Shown here: positions 56,729 to 64,000 of the stretch, piece after piece | Numbering within the stretch: position 1 is the first letter of the stretch | Layout: each line of letters begins with the position of its first letter | DNA from: the human T2T-CHM13v2.0 reference genome, Homo sapiens | Length of the DNA: 64,000 nt | Assembly: GCF_009914755.1 (NCBI RefSeq) | Contig: NC_060926.1 | Strand: one strand, 5' to 3' | Program-made: the position numbers and the translations under genes | The notes under the pieces: model-generated | What the model was told of the DNA's origin: nothing | The model's input: the letters and a program-made list of their open reading frames with translations, nothing else | Database searches by the model: none

Positions 56729-56984
56729 TTGGAAAATCCTTGCTTTACCTAACAGTGAGGGGACATAAAAATGACTATGCAAGCCATGCAAAGCAATCTT
56801 AATCATTAATGAAAAAATTATTATTGCTTCTTAGCCTTTAAAATTTTGTCAAAACTTTGAATAGTCCCAGTCAATGGTAAGTGTATAGGAACATGAAAAA
56901 GTAGTAAAACTATTTATTTAATATACAGTGACTTCAAACTCTAGAAATACTAATAATTAAAATGTTTTAATTCCTTCTAAAACA

Positions 56985-57125
56985 TGTATTACCCTGGTTT
57001 TGATATTGTGCTACTGTTTTGCAAGATGTCACCATTGGGGAAAATTTGGTAAAGGGTATGTGGGATTTTCTGCATTATTTCTTACAACTGCATGTGAACT
57101 TAAAATAATCTCAAATTAAGGGAAA
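56985..57125 (+). mobile_element. L1MC-type 3' UTR fragment
   Basis: TTTTGCAAGATGTCACCATTGGGGAAAA.TTGGTAAAGGGTA...TTTCTTACAACTGCATGTGAA. Confidence 0.8.
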
Positions 57126-57886
57126 AGATTGATTAAAAAAACTTATTAAGAGTAGTTTGAATAATGCTTGCTGTCTGCTTATTATATAACTAAATATATA
57201 AAGTGAACATCTTTTCTATGTCTTTGTAAATTGTCAAACTTCTTTCTAAGTTCAGATCAGCTTCTACCATTTTATCCTTTGCTCTTTCAATGTCAGGATA
57301 TATCTCCAAGAGCGCCTTTATGGTGAAGATTTTTCCTGGCATCACTTCCTCTGAGACATCATTATCTTTTTGTCACAACCACTTTTCTTGTTCCATTAAT
57401 AGGTTCTCCTTCACCATATTTTTTGGGCCGTACCAACAGTCTCTCTAATAGCCCTGGTGTCAATGTTCCCATGTTCAGCTCTAGCTTCTCTATGTTATAA
57501 TCAAATTTCACTCCTGGCATTATCATTTTTTTGTTGTTGATGTTCCTTCATATTTTTGATCTCTCGATTACCCATTTTTATAAAAGGTAACATGAGTTTA
57601 GCACTAGGAAACAAAGAGGCCACATAGCTACATACTTTGCTGTCTGTGTGTGAGCTGAAGAACTGATGCTTAATGACCATTGCTAATTGGTCACTGACTA
57701 GGATGGGACTGTATTATTTGCAAAGTGACTTGTGAACTGCGGAGCTGTCAGTAAAGTTTGTTCTTTAAGCAATTTTGGTTAAGATACCATGGAACTGACA
57801 TTTGAACCATGTTCTTGAAAGGTTGATTATTTAACTGCTAACTGAAATTTGTGCACATCAGAAGCATGCAAAGCAAGGGCTGCCTG

Positions 57887-58026
57887 TATGCAACCCTGCC
57901 ATTGCAGAGAAAGCAGCCAAGACAATATGCACACATATGGGCACTGCTGTGTTCCAACAAAACTTCATTTATAAAAACAGGCAGCTAGCTAAATTTGGTG
58001 TAAGGACCATAGTTTATCCAGTCCTG
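57887..58026. mobile_element. MER58A-like hAT MITE, second part
   Basis: CAACCCTGCCATTGCAGAGAAAGCAGCCAAGACAATA...CTGTGTTCCAACAAAACTTCATTTATAAAAACAGGC...CCATAGTTTATCCAGTCCTG. Confidence 0.8.
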
Positions 58027-58029
58027 CAA

Positions 58030-61000
58030 TAGTGTCTGCTTACTTGTATGGTTCAAGCATCAAGCCTGCTTGCTGTGTAGTTTGTACTACCGTCTGGACT
58101 TGCTATGAAGTCCTCTCTTGCATAGCCCCTCATCCAAAGCTGGCTTCTGTGTCACCAACTAAATAAGTAACAGCCGTATTCCCAAGGGTGGAAGATGCTA
58201 TCTCCATAATCTCTACAGGCCAAACAAGAACTGATTCTTTTTTTTGGAGTGATGGGAGGTTATAGTTGCAATAATTTGTTTTTCGTCATGGGTGGTATAC
58301 TTTGACATATCTCAGTCCAATGGATGCATAAACACTTCTCTAATACGGGTCTCTCTTAAATCTTCATAGGTTTTTAAATTCCACCTACTGGACAAGGTGA
58401 TTTTTACCAAAGTTTACAACATGCAAATTCTCATTCATGTCCAACTAACATGATGTCAATCATTTAGTGATATTCTATAGAATATTTATACAATCCATGT
58501 CTTTTTGGACTACAGTATGGCAGAAAGTAGTTAGCCTATCCTAGGGCAAGACCATACATATAGCTCCTGTCCATTCTACATGAAAACTGACTGCCTTGGA
58601 TTCACCTTTCTGATAGATTAAAAAAAATTCTTTAGATTGATAAATATATAGAATATATGTAAAGTTATGTTAATGTGCTTCAGCCTTGTCTACCACAACA
58701 GTATCAATTGGGACTACTGCTTAGTTGAATTCCTGATAGTCCACAGTCAAACTCCTGAATCCATCTGGCTTTCACAAGGATGACAGTAATAAATTAAATG
58801 GGAACATGATGGGGACTATATCCTCTACATCCTTTAAGACTCCAACGGTGACCCTAATCTCTGTCACTCCTCCTGGGATATGACTATTGATTTTTATTTA
58901 CTACTTTGATCAATTTGGTGAACAGACAGTCCCAGGAACTTCCTCTTATCTTTTCCCATTATGATAGCTCTTGTATCACAGGAATGAATGGGAGGATAAA
59001 GCAACTTTAGCAGATGGCCTCAACATTTTTGCACCTATCTCCTCTCCTTTAAATTTTTGTGGTCTGTGACTGATGTGACCAGTAGAATGGAGGAATAAAT
59101 GATGCTATATGCCTCTCAAAGCTAATTCAGAAGAGGCCATGCAGTGTCTACCTGCTCCCTGTGGGATGCTTTCTGTAGTGGACACCAGCTCCCATGTAAA
59201 ATGTCCAAATACCCTAATAATACCATGGCAGAGAATCAGCATGTACTAGCCTAGATGACAGCCTCGGCTGAACTCTTAGCCACCAGCCACCAGCAAATGC
59301 TACCCAAGGGAGTAAGTGGAATGAATCTGATGATCCACAACTCCATTTATTATTTTACCACCATATATCCCCAGGGTATGATTACCAGGTAAATATTCAT
59401 AGCTTCCTTTAGGGAAGAACTGGGGGAATTATTACTTAACATATTTCCTATAATATTGCAGCATGCTGGGGACCCTGCATCCCATTTAGTCTGTGGGTTC
59501 TTGATCAGAAAAGCAACTGGAGCCTGGAAACAGGGTGAGGTATTGTGACTTTTTATTGAGACACTTTTCCCTCAACCTCTTGAGTTTTTTATTTATTTCT
59601 TCTTTTTTTTTTTCTGGCTTCATAAGTTAAGCAACAAGACGTTGCCTACTCATCTAGTTTCTTCCCAGGAGCACTGTGTTCTATTAACAATCTCCATAGT
59701 GACAATTAGTCTTCTCCCTGGCTTTCAAGTTTCCACTCTGACCTTGAGGCATATTTCAATAATTTTACTCAACTTTTTCATGACAATTAAGCTCTGCCAC
59801 TTGGCCTCTATTAATTTGTCTTTCCATTGTTCTTCTTGAAATCAGGGAGTCCCTTCTATTGCATCATCTTTTAGAATCATTTCTAGTCTACCTAGGATAT
59901 CCATGACACATACTTACTTACAACAATGCTGTGCATACTTCACCAACACATTCCTTACTGCTTTGCTAGTGCTCAGGGCCTTCCACAGAACATAGATAAA
60001 TAGATATCCAATGGGTTTCACAGATTTATAAAGCGTGTCCACTGGAATCTCCCATGGTTGTGAGCATTTGACCTTTTCCAATTGTTTTCCAGGGCATTTC
60101 TGTATTTCTCTTTATTTAGTGACGCCAATCACTTTTTCTGAGCTTTCAGAAGCCACCTTAGTAGTATATTAGTACCATCTCACAGAGTCCTTGTCAGAGT
60201 GTTAAATTCTGTATAACAGAGGAGTGTTCCCATATGAAGAAACTCTCCCTTATATAACTTTATAGTCTGCAGACCTTGATCCAGCACCCTCAGATCAATC
60301 CCATATATACTTTCCTGGGTCCTGTCTGTAATGTGGGCTGGGACCCGCAGTTTCTTTGGCACTCAGTCATTTTTTCCCCTGAACAGGCCCAAAACTTCCC
60401 CAACCAACTTATCCTGAGATGTCACACTATTTAGGAGTCTTCTGGCATGGAGCAGAAGCAGGGGAATATCCTGTAAAAGGCATGTGTTGTCTTGCAAGCA
60501 GAGGAATCTGATCATCTTTAAGCATGGATAAAATGCTAATCTTTAAACAGGAAGGAAAAGGCCGCTTCTGAAAGCCCAGTGAAATTGAAGTGATCTCAGG
60601 AGTCAAGGTTCCAGAGACCATTGACCCAGATTTCAACATCCGTAACCTCACAGTCCCACTTTCCCAGTTAAAGACCAGACGATAGCAGAGTTCACTTTCT
60701 AAGATTCTCTACCCATCTAATTCAATTCTGGGCCTGATCCTCAGCTTTTTCAACTCTCAAGCATCAGAAAAGGAGAAACTTACTGTATTGCTAAGAGGGC
60801 ATTGTGACTTTTATAACAATGAAAAAAATAATAATCAACTACACTCCACCTTAAAATAATGATCAACCACATTCTACCTTTCTTTGTCTTTTCTAACCAA
60901 TTGATAGTACCCAGCAAGAGTTGTACCTTTTATTACTCAATTTTAATTTTTAAGTGCCTCTAATATTGTACTACCCAGTGCCTTACTTTCCACTTGTTCA

Positions 61001-61160
61001 CTACTGATAAAGGTTCAATAATTGCATTGCTCCAGCATACAAGGCTTATCAATACTCTTCCTATTACCAGTTATAGGATCCATAATGCCAGCCAGCCAGT
61101 GGGTAAAACAGATTTAATATCTCATTTTACAATTTTCTCTTTAGAATCCATCTTGGCAGA
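58030..61160 (-). mobile_element. Decayed ERVL-class internal region (HERV16/ERV3-16-like gag-pol)
   Basis: The minus strand near 58440-58600 gives broken RT-like motifs (GTCTTGCCCTAGGA ~ VLPQG, ATTGACATCATGTTAGTTGGA = IDIMLVG). Directly abuts an LTR16-like LTR. Confidence 0.7.
59005..59320 (+). mobile_element. MLT1G/H-like LTR fragment nested in the ERVL
   Basis: TGTGACTGATGTGACCAGTAGAATGG...TCAGAAGAGGCCATGCAG...ACAGCCTCGGCTGAACTCTTAGCC. Confidence 0.65.
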
Positions 61161-61164
61161 AGTT

Positions 61165-61592
61165 GACTTAGTTCAGAGTCCTCAGAAACAGTGTATGAGA
61201 TAGAAATTTGCATGCAGGAGCTGCATTAGGGAAGCACATTGGAACAACATCCATAAGGAAGCAGGATTTGGCAGAGGGAGAAGCTGAACTGCAATGCAGA
61301 AGGAAAAGAGTCACAGCCAGACCCATGGGCACCCATAGAAGAGTTGGCCTCTCAGAATGATCACAAATCAGCACAACAGGGCCAGGTCTTGCAAAATTGT
61401 GTGTACCACTCCTAGGATGCAAGCTGCCCCCCAGGAAAGAACAAACCCATGGGAGGCAGCTAACTCAGGCTGAGGATAATTTCCTAAGTGAAAAAGTTGT
61501 AAACCAATATTCTACAGCCAATACTCATGACTACTGGAGAAATGAATGTGTCGGTCTGAGAGGCATCCAGCGAGATGCACAATTGCATCACG
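61165..61592 (-). mobile_element. LTR16C-like ERVL LTR (5' LTR of the adjacent provirus)
   Basis: GGAAGCAGGATTTGGCAGAGGGAGAAGCTGAACTGCAATGCAG and GGATGCAAGCTGCCCCCCAGGAAAG. Confidence 0.8.
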
Positions 61593-62218
61593 TAAAGAAG
61601 AATATTCAATGGTAATACACAAATTCATTGAGGAATCCGTTTTCATCAAGGAACTTCAAGCTGTAAATGACTGTGTGTCAAGGAGCCCTTCACCAGAGTA
61701 TGCAGTATGGCAAAGTGGCAGGGGGAAATATGTAGCTAAGAGAGTATAAACAGCATGGTTACCTGAAACAGAGAGAGAGGAATGCACCTTCAGTCATTCT
61801 CAATGAGTGAACTAAACAGCTAACGTTTTGAAGTTTGTGGTACTAAGTAAAACTTCTGCACTTAAAGGACAGAATTTTGAACAAATGCAAATGCAAGGAC
61901 TGAAAGTTGTCTGCAAGAAGCAGTAAGACTCCTGTACAGCAACACAGAATAATATGGAAATCAAAAGATAAATAATTGTACTGGGGCATTTCAGACAAAA
62001 ATATCAACTAACAAGAGATTTACAGAAATCCAGCCCTTAGACTGTCTCACTAAGAGCTCTCATCATATATTCTGTGACATGGAAATCAGCCTCAATGGAG
62101 GACATAGCTGAAGGGACATGGATACAGTTCATCCTACTCCTATAGTTTGCACTCAGTCATTATCAACATATATGAATTGCATCCTGAATAATCCCCAAAC
62201 TAAAGAATGCCTGTAGAA

Positions 62219-62512
<294 letters not shown>

Positions 62513-63208
62513 TGTAGAATGTTAATATTGAGCAACATTGGCGAGGCTAACTCTGTCAATTGTGGCAGTCAGAATTCTATGACCCAGAATAGACAAAATC
62601 AGGTAAGCCCCACACAGCTCTCTAAGTGAATCTTAGCCTTGACTCTGTCTAGATTGGCTACATGTAAAAATCTTTGCCCCAGTGACAAGGATTTTGATAG
62701 AATTTCACTGTTAAAAAGATTAAAATCTTAATTTGAAATGAGTTTATTTTAAATAAACTGCATTAAGAGAACCAGAAATTCCTTAGGAAGATAAAAGTTT
62801 ATAAAACTTTTTTTATTGACAGGAAGTGAGAGAGAGGGAACATTGAACTCTTTCCATTTCTCTAGATTATAAGCAATTTTGGGAAAGGATTTGACAGTAT
62901 CATATTTACTTCTGTGGCCCAATTAATGAGGAAGTTCAACACTAATTGAAACTCATTTAGTGAAATGAACGCATGCTTCAGCAATATTTCAAGGTAAGTT
63001 TATTACAGACCTCTGAGGACTTGTAGTTCTGGTTTTCTTCATTCTAAAACTTGTTCCGCCTTTGATATTTGGTTTTAGGTTTGTCATGTTCTTCTCCTCC
63101 CTGTTTATGACCTACCTTGTTCAGTGTTGGCCACTTAATGTCATTTCCTGTCTCCTAATGTCTGAGATACATCTTCCTTCAATGTTTCCTTTCTGTCCTA
63201 AGTTCAAG

Positions 63209-63240
63209 TGAGGCTTTTTACCATGAGGCTTTTTACCATG
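63209..63240. repeat. Perfect 15-bp tandem duplication TGAGGCTTTTTACCA x2
   Basis: Direct reading. Confidence 0.95.
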
Positions 63241-63690
63241 CAATACTGACCTTCATATCTAGCCAGTGGTGCCCTTTATCTTGTCTACAGACTGAAAAGC
63301 AGAGGAAAATGATTTGTACTCTGTCAGCTCTTTACTATCCTTCATGAATTTCCATTCCTTATAACTTTAACTGTCTAAATGTAAAGCCATGTTTTCAAAC
63401 TTTAAAGCTCAAAAGGTGTAAGTGAATGTCCAGGGTCATTAAATTTGTGTAGACAGTTTATGCAAGAATATCAACTTCTGATGATATAAGCACAAAACAA
63501 TGTTATTTATGCAAATACTGCTATGTAGTGAGTCCCTTAATATATTGACGTTTTCAATATATTTCTAGTCACTTCTCAATAATTAGAAGAGTTTTTCATT
63601 ATTGAAGATGCTGCCTTGATTATTTAACTAGATTATAAGTTTCTTCTCCTTTTCACCAGTCCAGGTTAAATCTCTTATGGCTTTAGTGTT

Positions 63691-63996
<306 letters not shown>

Positions 63997-64000
63997 AGCT

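Overview
AT-rich, CpG-poor primate (very likely human) intronic or intergenic DNA. I find no supportable protein-coding exon, RNA gene or CpG island, and I cannot name the locus. Roughly half of the window is recognisable transposable-element debris. It holds about 15 Alu copies or fragments (AluS, AluY and one 5'-truncated AluYa5-type copy), two 5'-truncated L1PA copies, older L1MA/MB/ME, L2, L3 and MIR relics, solo LTRs (LTR78 x2, MER76, MER50, LTR19-like, MLT1, MST, THE1, MLT2A), a decayed ERVL provirus (LTR16-type), and DNA-transposon MITEs (MER44, MER82, MER33, MER58A). The longest and most protein-like ORFs in the track are L1- or Alu-derived; the rest look like chance ORFs. I see no new gene system. 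The most unusual signals are structural scars: (i) a ~125-bp inverted copy of nearby DNA written into an MLT2A LTR through a fold-back hairpin, (ii) an L1PA fragment whose adjacent ~27 nt sit ~550 bp away inside a deletion of another L1, and (iii) a MER58A split cleanly by ~1.16 kb of unrelated sequence. Also notable are a young truncated AluYa5, a ~20-bp L1 insertion, an Alu-tail (AAAGG)11 repeat, and several motif-dense non-repeat blocks that look like developmental enhancers. Repeat subfamilies and boundaries are by-eye calls from remembered consensus sequences and need RepeatMasker/Dfam confirmation.
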